A stretch of 63,933 nucleotides of DNA, filler included, from Octopus bimaculoides (GCF_001194135.2; 5 parts of 4 records of this genome joined end to end with filler, not necessarily neighbours in it); one strand, 5' to 3'; numbered from the whole stretch's first letter, positions 37,600-51,058 are shown. A program made the numbers and translations. Notes: generated from the letters alone by a model not told the origin.

Positions 37600-37810
37600 G
37601 GACCAGCTCTCATCTCTTATTTCCGTATCGTTAAACAGATGAGAGAGAATTCTCCCTCGGGATAGGACACCAGCCTAACACTCTTCAACTTCCCAGATGG
37701 ATTGATAGATGATTTTTCAGCTAGATAGACGGAGGCTAGTCGAGTTAATTGACTTGCCTTAGGACAAAATGTATCGCCGGCAGCTAAGTATGAACTCATG
37801 AACTATTGTG
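37600..37810 (-). mobile_element. Old CORE-like SINE remnant
   Basis: Minus strand GAGTTCATAC..TTGTCCTAAGGCAAGTCAATTAACTC..TCTAGCTG resembles the family A body. Confidence 0.45.
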
Positions 37811-38715
37811 CCAAGTATTCATGATAGTCACTCATACGATTAACTGACCTAGTTCATTCGGACGTTGTACCACCTTCTGGCATTGGCGAAATGAAATTAC
37901 GTGTTCAGGAGAAATCGTTTTCAAAATCAATACTCTTAAATGAATAACACTTTTGTTTCAACTAACAGTGTGCAAGGGTTACTGTAGCTTTTAACTACCT
38001 GACGCTATAGGTCTGTCCAACTGACAATATATTTATTAACTGACTGCTTGCTTTCCTTCACCATTGCTTCAATTATTTTGATCATCAAAACAGTCATGGA
38101 ATAAAACGACACATGTACGTATGTATGTATCTATTTTTTATATTATCTTATATTATATTGTGTCTGAGCGCGTATTGTGTGTGTATTTATCGGTTCAACC
38201 TGCACACTAGAGGCACACTCCAAAATACATGACTTTTGGCAATTCAGAGATATTGATTATGGTAGATAGATACTGAGCTTCAAAGGTATGTAGAAAGCAA
38301 GAGGTAGAATAGGTGGCTTTCCCTAGAACAACAGTAGAATAAGTTTTCCTACGAATGATGCAAATATAACAGCTTTAGCATTAGTAAGAGGTTGCAATTG
38401 AGTGCATTACATCAGTGTTTAATATGGACATATCTGATGGTATATGCACGTATATACGAACGTATCATTATATAATTATATATAAATGTACATACAATCC
38501 TGCCTAATTTATCGACCCCGAAAGGATGAAAGGCAAAGTTGACCTTGGTGGAATTTGAACAAAAGGCAGATGAAATGGTGCTAAGCATTTTGCTCGGCGT
38601 GCTACCGATTNNNNNNNNNNNNNNNNNNNNNNNNNNNNNNNNNNNNNNNNNNNNNNNNNNNNNNNNNATATATATATATATATATACATTGTTTGTTATG
38701 GATTTTGTCGATTAC

Positions 38716-39286
38716 ACAGTATAGTAGGATTAGTTTAGGCACTGTCTGTGGGGAAAACAGCACCATAGCGCAATTCACTCCGTCAGAAATTTGGAAATAT
38801 GCTGTACTGATTGGCATTGGTACCGGAGGCTCCACTGCGAACATTTCAGATACATCAAGTGCTTGGAGGAGGTAGTGATGCCCTGGATCAAAAGGATGAC
38901 TACTGGAAGACCCTATGATTGTCAACAGGACACTGCACCATGCTAGACAAGCAAGAGGACCCAGTCATGGCTGTCATACAATTTCTGCAACCACATCACA
39001 CTTAACTTGCGCGAGAAAGCATCAAAACTACTTATAACACCAAAGATGAACTGAAGGCAAGGATTATGGCAGTATTCACCAACGAGACCGCCTAGAAGAG
39101 TTGCAGGAGATTTCGAAATCTCCTGGAGACCGAGGTTGAAGGCAATGGCGATATTATTGAATAAATTTACTCTGTAGTATTTGAAGTTATTTTTATGTAA
39201 TTTTGTTAATATATCCGTTAAAATGAGATGTCAGTCTTATATTCATTTTCGCATAATTTAGACAACATATTCACTGCATCCTGTAT
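38716..39286 (+). mobile_element. Internally deleted DD37D (maT-like) Tc1/mariner element
   Basis: N-terminus AQFTPSEIWKYAVLIG joined to YIKCLEEVVMPWIKRMTTGRPY..QQDTAPC..TKDELKARI..EGNGDIIE; ends CATCCTGTATA. Confidence 0.8.
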
Positions 39287-39753
39287 ATNNNNNNNNNNNN
39301 NNNNNNNNNNNNNNNNNNNNNNNNNNNNNNNNNNNNNNNNNNNNNNNNNNNNNNNNNNNNNNNNNNNNNNNNNNNNNNNNNNNNNNNNNNNNNNNNNNNN
39401 NNNNNNNNNNNNNNNNNNNNNNNNNNNNNNNNNNNNNNNNNNNNNNNNNNNNNNNNNNNNNNNNNNNNNNNNNNNNNNNNNNNNNNNNNNNNNNNNNNNN
39501 NNNNNNNNNNNNNNNNNNNNNNNNNNNNNNNNNNNNNNNNNNNNNNNNNNNNNNNNNNNNNNNNNNNNNNNNNNNNNNNNNNNNNNNNNNNNNNNNNNNN
39601 NNNNNNNNNNNNNNNNNNNNNNNNNNNNNNNNNNNNNNNNNNNNNNNNNNNNNNNNNNNNNNNNNNNNNNNNNNNNNNNNNNNNNNNNNAATTTTAGAAA
39701 TATATATATATATATATAATTATTTTAAGGGAGAAAGGCAAAACAAGACTTAG

Positions 39754-41048
39754 CTCTTCCGTACTGAATTAATGTACAAGCATTTACTAAGCTACTGAAA
39801 GAACTCCATAGATGCATACGATTGATAGCGGGCTAGTGGGTGGATATTTAAAAAAGACTCCAAACTAATTGTGAATTAGTTAATTTCAAAATTAAAATCT
39901 TAAATAGATTTTCTCCTATCTTCAGTGCAATATATACAAAGAAATATACAAACGAGTGTTTGTACATGCCCATAAAAAAGCGAGTTTGCACGTCCAAACA
40001 CAAACACCATTTTTTCGTAGCTTCTCAATGCTTGGAAAAGCTAAGTCTTGTTTTGACTTTCTGCCTTAAAATAATTATATATATATACAGGAGTGGCTGT
40101 GTGTTATGTATGCAGGAGTGGCTTGCTTACCAACCACGTGGTTCNNNNNNNNNNCAGGAGTGGCTGTGTGTTATGTATGCAGGAGTGGCTTGCTTACCAA
40201 CCACGTGGTTCCAGGTTCAGTCCCACTGCGTGGCACTTTGGGCAAGTGTCATCTACTATAGCCTAGAGCCGACCAGAGTCTTGTGTGTGGATTTGGTAGA
40301 CGGAAACTGAAGGAAGCCCGTCGTATATATATGTATGTAAATGTTTGCGTGTCTGTATTTGTCTCCACAACGTCGCTTGACAACTGATGCTGGTGTGTTT
40401 ACGCCCCCGTAACTGAGCGGTTTGGCAAAAGAGACCGATATAATAAGTTCTAGGCTTACAAAGTCCTGGGGTCGATTTGTTCGACTAAAGGCGGTGCTCC
40501 AGCAGGGCCGCAGTCAAATGACTGAAACATATAAAAGAATATAAGTATTAATTTAATATATAAATTGCTATTAATTTCTTTTTTCCATGCCGGCTACCTG
40601 ATAATTATTATTAACGTGATTTTATCCTTATTTTATGAATATATGAATATTATATGAATAATAAATGAAATATTAGTATAATATTTTTACTCCTCATAAA
40701 GAACTCGCATTATCTGCAGTCCTATTTTTGATAGAAATACATGTGGTCGTCGTGCAAGGATTTTAATATGAATTTTTCGAATCTATACTTGCAAATGTTT
40801 GTGTATAGACGTGCAAACTCGCTTTGTTATGGGTAAGTATAAACACTCGTTCGTATATTTTTTTTTACATATATTGCGCTGAAGATAGAAGAAAATATAT
40901 TTAAGATTCTAATCTTGAAATTAGCTAATTCGTAATTAATGTGGAGCCCTTTTAAATATCTCTCACTAGCCCACTTTCAGTCGCATGTATCTATGGAGTT
41001 TTTTTCGGTAGCTTCGTAATGCTTTGACATTAATTCAGTATGGGGGAG
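39754..41048. mobile_element. Foldback/MITE with ~260-bp imperfect TIRs, interrupted by a SINE
   Basis: 39754-~40012 is an imperfect reverse complement of ~40792-41048 (e.g. GCGAGTTTGCACGTC / GACGTGCAAACTCGC). Confidence 0.8.
40088..40540 (+). mobile_element. Full-length SINE family C (first 57 bp duplicated across a 10-N gap)
   Basis: CAGGAGTGGCTGTGTG..GTTCAGTCCCACTGCGTGGCAC..internal (TA/TG)n..GGCGGTGCTCCAGCAGGGCCGCAGTCAAATGACTGAAAC. Confidence 0.92.
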
Positions 41049-41189
41049 ATATAGATACAAGGTGCGTAAGATATTTGAGGACAGATTTATGTTTATAAAC
41101 AGAACAGATATTTGATAATAGATAATTGCTCTATTTATCAAAAAATTGCTATGAGGATAAAAATAAACCTTCTTTTCTATAATGTCATT

Positions 41190-42092
41190 AAATAAAGCGA
41201 CCTTCAGCTTCAGCAACTGCTTCTGTATGAGATCTAAATTATCTAAACGCTCGAAAAAAGTGGTCCTGGTTCATGCTGGACATTACTCTGGCTATGGCAG
41301 CTTTTAAAGAATCTTTGGTGTTATGGGCCTGTTCATTGACCTCTCTCTCAACAACGCTCCACATATAATAGTCCACTGGATTGAGATCTGGGTAATTAGG
41401 AGGCAAAATATTAGGGGTTATGTGATCATGAAATTTTCAGCCATCCGTTCCTGTGCTAATAGTGCTATGTGTGATGGTGCAAGGTCTTACTAAAACGTAT
41501 ATGGCCTTCCAAGGCATACACTATCTACCCAGAGCTTAACAATTATTTTCAGGCCCTCAATGTAGGCAACAGATTTAACTCTAAGGCCTTCTGGAAAGAA
41601 GTAAGGTGGCATCACATGTCCTTCATTGTTGACGACCCATAAAAGCATAACAGTTTCAGGAAATTTTGTATGCATAACACTTGTAAATTCAAAAAGGGCT
41701 GCACATAAGCATCTGTCATTTTTTCTGTTAACTTTTTTGAGAAAAACCAAATCAAATTTTCTTCTGCTTGATTTTTCAGTTTGTTTAAGCGCAGTTTAGA
41801 TTCGATGTAGAGATTTTCTTTTGCTTTTTCTAACAAATTGACCTTTCATCATCATATAAGACATATTTGATGTTTTGTGGACAACGTTTCTGACTGTTCC
41901 TTCTGACACATGGAGATATTTTGCAATTGNNNNNNNNNNCTGACACATGGAGATATTTTGCAATTGACCACATGGACTTTCTGGGATTGTAATCAATGGT
42001 GTGTTGAACTTGCTGGATAAATTCAGGTGCGCTGATGATTTCAGAGCGTTTAGAATGCTTTTTATCCTTTGATACTGGTGATACGTTTCCAT
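41190..42092 (-). pseudogene. DD37D (maT-like) transposase pseudogene
   Basis: IAKYLHVSEGTVRNVVH; VMHTKFPETVMLLWVVNNEGHVMPPYFFPEGLRV..GRPYTF; PPNYPDLNPVDYYMWS; many stops and frameshifts. Confidence 0.9.
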
Positions 42093-42168
42093 CTTCAGTC
42101 TCTAGCCCTTTACAAACTTTGTAGACGAAAGATCTGCCAACTTTTAAAGATCGAGATATTTCTAAATT

Positions 42169-42225
42169 AGCAAGTACTGCTTCACCACACGCTAATTTTC
42201 GGTGTGTGGTGAAGCAGTACTTGCT
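42169..42225. repeat. Perfect 22-bp inverted repeat with 13-nt loop
   Basis: AGCAAGTACTGCTTCACCACAC / GTGTGGTGAAGCAGTACTTGCT. Confidence 0.9.
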
Positions 42226-44717
42226 GAACCCTAATGTTTTAATTGTTTCTATTTACCGATAATGGTTTTTTAACACACCTAACTACTTGGTAGAATTACT
42301 AATTATTAATTAATTATTAATTTTTACCCTATATCTATATGAATTAATTTGCTCCCTGATAGTAAACTGCAGTTTTCTGCGGAATTACTTGTAGCGCACG
42401 TGGGTAATTGGGGAATGTTACGATTTTCTCGCTCGTCTATATGAATACGGAAATGCTGTTTATGGATAACCATTTGATGTTGCCTGATCGAATTGATTAT
42501 TCTTTTATTAGTATTCTCGGATTTATAATTTTGAAATATTACACTGATGAAGGAAATACGATTGGGTAATATAGGAATTTCAACCATGTTTCGTGGTCTG
42601 CTACCACAACAGTTCCTTNNNNNNNNNNNNNNNNNNNNNNNNNNNNNNNNNNNNNNNNNNNNNNNNNNNNNNNNNNNNNNNNNNNNNNNNNNNNNNNNNN
42701 NNNNNNNNNNNNNNNNNNNNNNNNNNNNNNNNNNNNNNNNNNNNNNNNNNNNNNNNNNNNNNNNNNNNNNNNNNNNNNNNNNNNNNNNNNNNNNNNNNNN
42801 NNNNNNNNNNNNNNNNNNNNNNNNNNNNNNNNNNNNNNNNNNNNNNNNNNNNNNNNNNNNNNNNNNNNNNNNNNNNNNNNNNNNNNNNNNNNNNNNNNNN
42901 ATATATATGCATATATATGTATGTATGTGTGTATGCGTGTGTGTATGTATGTATGTATAATCATTATTTGTGTCAAGAAGAAATAATGTTTAATTTTAAT
43001 ATCCAGATAGTATGTACCACATTTCAAACTCTCGGATCAGCCATTGGTGATTATAATTCTCACGCAAAGTCACGGAGACAGACAACTGTTCTTACTTTCA
43101 CTTTCCATCCATTGTCCATGCTTCCAAATATTCACCCATTTTTCATGTTATATAAAGGTATGATTTCATTGTTAGCGTTCGTGTTATTTCGTGCGTAGCA
43201 GAGCCGGTCTCTTTGTAGCGAAGACAATCGTATCGTGCGAACATTGTATCACAAGTCTGATCTCATCAAGCGTTAGGTAATGTTCGTTAGGTAATTAAAA
43301 CATTGCAATACGTATGTATGTATATCTATGTTCATAATATAAACATGTGCGTATGTTGTAGTATGCGTTTATCAATAGTTTATTGTTTTACTGATTCCAG
43401 TTATTTGAGTGTGACAGTACTAATATACAAATTTCTGTTGTCTCCTATATTCAATATATCAATAAAATTGAATAATGGCATATGTAACGTAAAAGACATG
43501 ATGAAATTGGCTTGAACGCTTAAACTAGCATAACTAAATCGTCAAACGAAGTTTTAGAGTGTGTATATAACATTTAGTTAATACACTATCACAATCTACT
43601 GCATGTTTAAACCTGCTCCTACAAACATGCGTGTACAGTTCATTGAAACATGATGTTTATCTCACGACATGAGTTTTACGCCATTGTAATCTTCAAACGA
43701 GAACTGTTATAACTCGGTTTGGTGGCATACATATATTTTTTTTAGAATAGACGTGGTGTTTTACTCCATCCTCATCATTAATTTGCTTTGTACGCCTACT
43801 CATAGACTGATATTTTAGTGGCTCCTCATTGATTATATTTTGGTATCCTGGTTTTTACTCTCCTTGTTGAGGAGGAGCGGTGCATTTTGAGTTTGTTTTG
43901 ATGTCTCATTGTTTTATTTTTACTGGAGTGGAATACTTCTTGTTAATCTAAATCAGAGCATTTTATTTGCTTTGTTACGTATCGTAATGTGTTTGTAAAT
44001 ATTGAAATCATGACAGGTTGATTTATTGGTTTGAATGGCGTTTTGATCAACGTTAAAGTAATTTAAAAACTGTTTTGTTTGTGGCGTTTGCAAATTTCAA
44101 AACGGTTTGTTATGGAGTTTATCTTTTAAATATAGGTGTAAAATGAATTAAGAATATATTTTTGGAATGATTTAGGAGTGCCTGATATTAAAGAATGTAT
44201 TTCATGGTTGAATGATTTTGCTAATATGTTTCGTATTGGGATTTGGTTCAGAATAAGGACTGTGGATTGTTTTGCGGATTAATGAATTTGTTGCTTGCCA
44301 ACTAATAAAAGTATTTTTGTCTATTTCATTGATTGAAATGCATTTAAAAAATAGAGCAAGATATATATCAATGTTTATGTGTGTGTCTGTGCGTGTGTGT
44401 GTGCATGTGTGCCTGTGCCTGTGTGTGAGTGCGCGTGCGTGTGTATGTGCGTGTGTGTGTGTGTGTGTGTGTAGGGGTGATTGTGTGTATTGTGATTCCA
44501 AACTTCAGCCATTACCTTTCAGCATGGAATTTTGTCAGTGACCAGGTCGCGGTTTCAAAGTGACGCATATATTTTGGCAAATTATGTTTGAATGTTGAAG
44601 CGAATCTAACGGTTTTGTGTGTTTTCAAATGGTTTATAAAAATCTTCCACGCTGCAATTGTTTTTGTTTCAGCACACGATCTCAGATCAGGTCACTTGCT
44701 ATGCAAGTATATCTCCG

Positions 44718-44763
<46 letters not shown>

Positions 44764-45534
44764 ATATGTGCAGATTTGTAGTTTTGCTTTATGTCTGTAT
44801 CTTCATGCATATAGTTGCATATCTAGACATGCTCATATATATTTAAATGAAAAACTTCTGGAAAGTTTTACAGTTCTAGTGATGGATTGCATCTGTAGTC
44901 TTCGAATTAGCTTTTTCCTTTTTGGTTTTGAGAAGCCTAAATTCTCAAGATTGGTATTTAGGCAGCATGTTACATATCCCAGGGCCCCAATTATTACAAC
45001 TATAGAGCTGAACTTGTAATTTGGATTCAGCAACTGTAGATTTCTCAATAGTTCAGCGTAGTTATTCTCTTTTTCACTAATCTTCAGTTAATTTCCAAGA
45101 GCAACTGTCAATTTTGGCCTTCCTTTTTTCGGGGTCGATAAAATAAGTACCAGTGAAACACTGAGGTCGATGTAATCGGCTAGTCGCCTTCCTCCAAAAT
45201 TTCGGGCCTTGTGCCTTTAGTAGAAAGTATTAGTAGAACCTGAATAGAGTGGTATTCTCCTTGGATGGTTACTCTCATATAGATGTATGGTGCTAAGAAC
45301 ACATGCATAAAGCGAAGTAGAACTGATGGCATACGCACGGGAACTGTCATAACGTGATTTCACAGTACTGCTCATATCAGTCAAATCTTGCTGCGAACGA
45401 TATTCAGAATAACAGTAACTTTTCAGCTATTGGTGTAGCAGCTAGCTACAAAATAACATTAGCGATGGAAGCTACGCACGCACACACACACATACGCACA
45501 CGCACAAACACAAACACATGTATATGTATATACG

Positions 45535-45690
45535 CAGGCGTGGTTGTGTGGTAAGCAGCATGCTTCCCACCCACGTGGTTTGTGGTTAAGTCCCACGGTG
45601 TGTTACCTTGAACAAGTGCCTTCTACTATAGCCCCGGGCCTACCAAAGCGTTGTGAGTGGAATTGGTAGACGGAGACTGAAAGAAACCCG
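45535..45690 (+). mobile_element. SINE family C, 5' half
   Basis: GCAGGCGTGGTTGTGTGGTAAG..CTATAGCCCCGGGCC..ACTGAAAGAAACCCGTC. Confidence 0.8.
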
Positions 45691-45742
45691 TCATGTGTGT
45701 GTGTGTGTATATATATATATATTAGTGTATGTGTAACGTAAG

Positions 45743-45805
45743 TTTAGAAAAATGACATTGGCTTCATATCTAGCGTGAACTAGATATCTCTTCAGTTTCT
45801 CTAAA
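45743..45805 (-). ncRNA. Type I hammerhead motif in the PLE 3' region
   Basis: Minus strand: UUUAGAGAAA-CUGAAGA-G-AUAUCUAG UUCACG CUAGAUAU-GAAG-C CAAU GUC-A-UUUUUCUAAA; 10-bp stem I, 8-bp stem II. Confidence 0.7.
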
Positions 45806-46104
45806 CAGTAACCGTTCTCTGCAAAGAATGTTTGTTTAAAAACACAAGAACGCCGGTGATAATTCAAGAAATAATCCTCTTTAAAAATATGGCCGGGCGA
45901 GTTGTCTTCGTTTGCTTGATAGCTAGGTTTTCCAATTNNNNNNNNNNNNNNNNNNNNNNNNNNNNNNNNNNNNNNNNNNNNNNNNNNNNNNNNNNNNNNN
46001 NNNNNNNNNNNNNNNNNNNNNNNNNNNNNNNNNNNNNNNNNNNNNNNNNNNNNNNNNNNNNNNNNNNNNNNNNNNNNNNNNNNNNNNNNNNNNNNNNNNN
46101 NNNT

Positions 46105-46440
46105 TCCAATTTTGAAGTAAAAATTTCCAAAAGTGTAGACAACTCCCCATGGCTTCCGTCCTGGAGTTAAGGTAGCCTCCTGGCTCATGTGAGTTCTTGA
46201 GAATTATAAATCTTTCTGCCAAGCACAATTTACACAATCTTGTTCCATTATGATAGGGTCCACAAGTTTCCAATAATTTCCACCTGATGTTAAAGGGCGT
46301 ATGATCGTCCTTTTAGGTGCCATACGTATGCTGCAAGTGCTGTTGTATTGCGTCTTTTCGGGACCCTGAAAGAAGATCTGTGGTTGTTCAGGCGAATTTT
46401 AAATCTGGAGTCACAAGATCCCACATAAATTTTAATATTT
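46105..46440 (-). pseudogene. Penelope-like element GIY-YIG endonuclease remnant
   Basis: KIYVGSCDSRFKIRLNNHRSSF..TTALAAYVWHLK, then (other frame) RLCKLCLAERFIIL..LNSRTEAMGSCLH..KFLLQNW. Confidence 0.9.
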
Positions 46441-47126
46441 ACCTCCTCGTAATTTAGCGGTTCTGCATAAGAGGTCGATAGAATAAGTACTAGGTTAACA
46501 AATAACTTCTGTGGTGGATTTCTTCGACTAAAACCCTTCAAGAAGGTGCTACGGGATGGACTAAAACATGTACAAGAATAAACGAATAGATATAATTGTG
46601 TGTGCGAGAGTGTGAGCTTAGACATGTGTGCTTTTTTGTCGAATTTCCGTACACGCTTACCGACGAGATCTCGTGTTGAATGGTGTTCGTTTCTATCGAA
46701 TAGGTAACAACGATTAAATTAACGATTAAATTTAGATCGATAAATTAAATACCACTGTGAATTTTACTGATATCATCAACTAAAACGTTTCGGTTTGCCC
46801 ATCACCATGTCTGCATGGACACTGACTACGTCTTGTAAACGGATAATGGCATAAATAGAGGAAAATAAGGGTGAACTTGGGTTTTTGGAGGGAGAATATA
46901 AATCCTTACTAGATACGTTACAACTGATCGTGATGTTTGGGATAATAAATATCTACAAGACCTTAAGAAATAACATGATTTTCTTCACAACCTTGCTATC
47001 ACATAGACGGCCAGTCAAAATAAACATTAAATTAATAACAAAAAAAATATAAGGATATATACCTACAAACACAAACACATGCATATATAGACATACATTT
47101 CTACTTTAATATATTTATGAATGTGT

Positions 47127-47129
47127 GTA

Positions 47130-47214
<85 letters not shown>

Positions 47215-47216
47215 GA

Positions 47217-47267
<51 letters not shown>

Positions 47268-47370
47268 CCTACCTACCTATCTACCTACCTACCTACCTAC
47301 CTACCTACCTACCTATCTACCTACCTACCTACCTACATACCTACCTACCTACCTACATACATACATACAT
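47127..47370. repeat. Compound tetranucleotide array (CTAT)n(CTGT)n(CTAT)n(CTAC)n(ATAC)n
   Basis: Direct inspection. Confidence 0.95.
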
Positions 47371-48164
47371 CTGTGTCTCTCTTTATCTATCTATCCACAC
47401 ATACAATGTTGTATATACAATGTATAAATCAAAACAATATTAATGATGAACACTACAAGTAACTAAGCTGGTTATGTTATATCATAAAACAAGAAAGTAA
47501 ACGCAAACAAATATAAATTTTTATGAAAGCAACTTATAATACAATGAACGGTGAAAGAAAGCACATGTTTATCATTATACTTTCAGTGATCTGACCTTAT
47601 ATGATTGTGTTAGCAGTTAAGATTTCAATGTTCAGGTTATGTTGTTATGTTTCATAGTTTCATAGCAGGATGTTGGATATCTGGATTTGAGAATGGAGAG
47701 GAGTGAGAAAAAGAAGGAAAGGGTGTGAACGAAAAAGAAAACACAAATAAATATATTGATAAATAAATAAAATGAAATACAACGTAAAAATCATAAAAAT
47801 AAAAAATAAAAACAGTATTATGAGGAACAAGAAATATAACGCCAATAACAATATAAATAAGAATAATATGAAATAAATTGAATAAATATATAAAGAAAAC
47901 TAAATGATATATCGAAAAGACTGAAATACAAATATAAAAAGAATAATGAAAATCATTCATAGAAATAAAACAAGGGACAAAGAAGCGGGATGCAATGTAT
48001 TGGGCATTCCTCTTATTACGCCCATCCATCCAAATGTTTCCTTGGAGGTAGAAAAGGGAATAAAAAAAATCATTTATATATGAGTGCGGTGTGTATATGT
48101 GCACATACACACGCACAGACACAAACGCATACAGATATACATTCATATATATATATGTATATAT

Positions 48165-48226
<62 letters not shown>

Positions 48227-48362
48227 GTACATGTATGCTAGTATATCTATATGTATGCATATATGCATATATAATGTATATCTGTAGATATATATATATA
48301 TTTATATATATATACACACACACAATATATAAACACACACACACACACGCACACACACACAG

Positions 48363-48396
<34 letters not shown>

Positions 48397-49350
48397 GACC
48401 TAACGTATATGTATATTTGTGCATATATATATATATANNNNNNNNNNNNNNNNNNNNNNNNNNNNNNNNNNNNNNNNNNNNNNNNNNNNNNNNNNNNNNN
48501 NNNNNNNNNNNNNNNNNNNNNNNNNNNNNNNNNNNNNNNNNNNNNNNNNNNNNNNNNNNNNNNNNNNNNNNNNNNNNNNNNNNNNNNNNNNNNNNNNNNN
48601 NNNNNNNNNNNNNNNNNNNNNNNNNNNNNNNNNNNNNNNNNNNNNNNNNNNNNNNNNNNNNNNNNNNNNNNNNNNNNNNNNNNNNNNNNNNNNNNNNNNN
48701 NNNNNNNNNNNNNNNNNNNNNNNNNNNNNNNNNNNNNNNNNNNNNNNNNNNNNNNNNNNNNNNNNNNNNNNNNNNNNNNNNNNNNNNNNNNNNNNNNNNN
48801 NNNNNNNNNNNNNNNNNNNNNNNNNNNNNNNNNNNNNNNNNNNNNNNNNNNNNNNNNNNNNNNNNNNNNNNNNNNNNNNNNNNNNNNNNNNNNNNNNNNN
48901 NNNNNNNNNNNNNNNNNNNNNNNNNNNNNNNNNNNNNNNNNNNNNNNNNNNNNNNNNNNNNNNNNNNNNNNNNNNNNNNNNNNNNNNNNNNNNNNNNNNN
49001 NNNNNNNNNNNNNNNNNNNNNNNNNNNNNNNNNNNNNNNNNNNNNNNNNNNNNNNNNNNNNNNNNNNNNNNNNNNNNNNNNNNNNNNNNNNNNNNNCCAC
49101 CACCACCACCACCAACACTACCACCTCCAATATCATCATCATCATCAGCAGCAGCATCATCCTCATAATCATGTTCTTTATGTTTTTGATTTTGTTCATC
49201 TTCCTCCCCATCATCATAGTTCCCCTCTCCCTCTCCTCCTACCATTCCTCTCCCCCTCTTTCTCATCGTCATCATCTTTTTCTTTTTCTTTTTTTCACTT
49301 TTTCTCGTTCTCTTTCTAGCCCTTTCATTAAGTTCTTACATTTGAACTGT

Positions 49351-49416
<66 letters not shown>

Positions 49417-49681
49417 CACTGCTGCAGCTGCTACTGCCGCTGCTGCTGCTATTACTACTATCACTTGTACATTTAATCCTTGTATATATATAGTTCATTA
49501 CGAGCCAATTTGGTCACTCGACTAATCAGAGATAATAGTTAAATTCCCTCATATTACCCTTGTCTTTTTAATAAAGTAAAAACGCACTGGATAATGTAGA
49601 TGTGCTGATCATGACTGGAACGCCTTTCATGTGTGTCCACTCGATTCAATCTGACTAGGCCACTCTTATAGTGCATGTTGG

Positions 49682-49895
49682 TAAGGCGGCTAGCTAGCAG
49701 AGTCGTTTGCACGCTGGACGGAGTGTTTTGCGGAATTTCACCCGTCGCTACGTCCTTAGTTCAAATTTTTGAACTCAGATTTTTCTTTCATCCTTTCGGG
49801 GTCGATAAATTAAGTACCAGCGAAAATCTGGGCTCGATGTTATCGACTTAATCCCCTTCTCCAAGCTGCTCCTGTGGAAATAATTTGAAATCATT
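49682..49895 (+). mobile_element. SINE family B, degenerate
   Basis: TAAGGCGGCTAGCTAGCAGAGTCG..TCATCCTTTCGGGGTCGATAAATTAAGTACCAG. Confidence 0.8.
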
Positions 49896-50978
49896 ATTAT
49901 GCATGTTGGTAGTACAAACTCATCCTGACACACTTCATCTTCCGNNNNNNNNNNNNNNNNNNNNNNNNNNNNNNNNNNNNNNNNNNNNNNNNNNNNNNNN
50001 NNNNNNNNNNNNNNNNNNNNNNNNNNNNNNNNNNNNNNNNNNNNNNNNNNNNNNNNNNNNNNNNNNNNNNNNNNNNNNNNNNNNNNNNNNNNNNNNNNNN
50101 NNNNNNNNNNNNNNNNNNNNNNNNNNNNNNNNNNNNNNNNNNNNNNNNNNNNNNNNNNNNNNNNNNNNNNNNNNNNNNNNNNNNNNNNNNNNNNNNNNNN
50201 NNNNNNNNNNNNNNNNNNNNNNNNNNNNNNNNNNNNNNNNNNNNNNNNNNNNNNNNNNNNNNNNNNNNNNNNNNNNNNNNNNNNNNNNNNNNNNNNNNNN
50301 NNNNNNNNNNNNNNNNNNNNNNNNNNNNNNNNNNNNNNNCCCAGGTTTTCACAGTTAGTTATATATAAACTTACAGATGAGCGCATGTGTGCTGTGTGGG
50401 GGATGGGGTGGGGGTGGTTTGGGGGTGCACGCGCGAGCACACTTGTGGTGTCCGCATTTATGTGTCTTTGAGTGCAGCGATGAGTGTATGTATATTTAAA
50501 TGTGGAAATCTGAGGGATGGAGGACCCAAATTTATTCTTCTCGTAACAACTTGTACAAGATAGACATTTTAAACAAGTCATATACAGACGTATGACGCTA
50601 ACGCATACCTATTATGTATACTATAATACACTAAAATATATACAGGTACACCATCGATTTTCCGATTAATGGTCTGGTACTTCCTTTAATTCGGACAAAA
50701 TACGATGGAGAACTTGAAACTTTCGTGGTCGCCAGTCATACAGTGACCACATGTGACATTGCGTGTACTCTGTGTTTGCACTATTATTTTAAACTGCACT
50801 TGTTAGTGGCATACCAAAATTCTAAGAGACTCCCTGCTTATTTAGCTTAAAATAGTCCTTCGTTATGGGTATTATAGGTAAGACGACTGTAGTGAGTGAT
50901 CGTATCAAGCCTAACCACTTATCCCTATTCATCCAAGATAAAGTCGAATTGTTTTTGTACTTAAGACGCAAGAGAGGT

Positions 50979-51058
50979 GTTTAAGGTCAATCACACTGCG
51001 TACCTTAGTTTCGTTAAAATGGCAACAGTCCGCATACCTATTGATCAAAACTCGTGTA
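50979..51058 (+). mobile_element. Solo right-TIR fragment of the 12641-13510 mariner family
   Basis: GCAACAGTCCGCATACCTATTGATCA versus GCAACAGTCCGGATACTTATTGATCA at about 13480-13503. Confidence 0.75.

Noticed and set aside
43199-43276. 75/78-nt exon candidate (TAGCAG..AG|GTAATG)
   Set aside because: Poor pyrimidine tract and unrecognisable peptide.
46777-46810. Minus-strand GTGATG-GGCAAACC-GAAACGTT hammerhead-like string
   Set aside because: Two core defects and no stem I.
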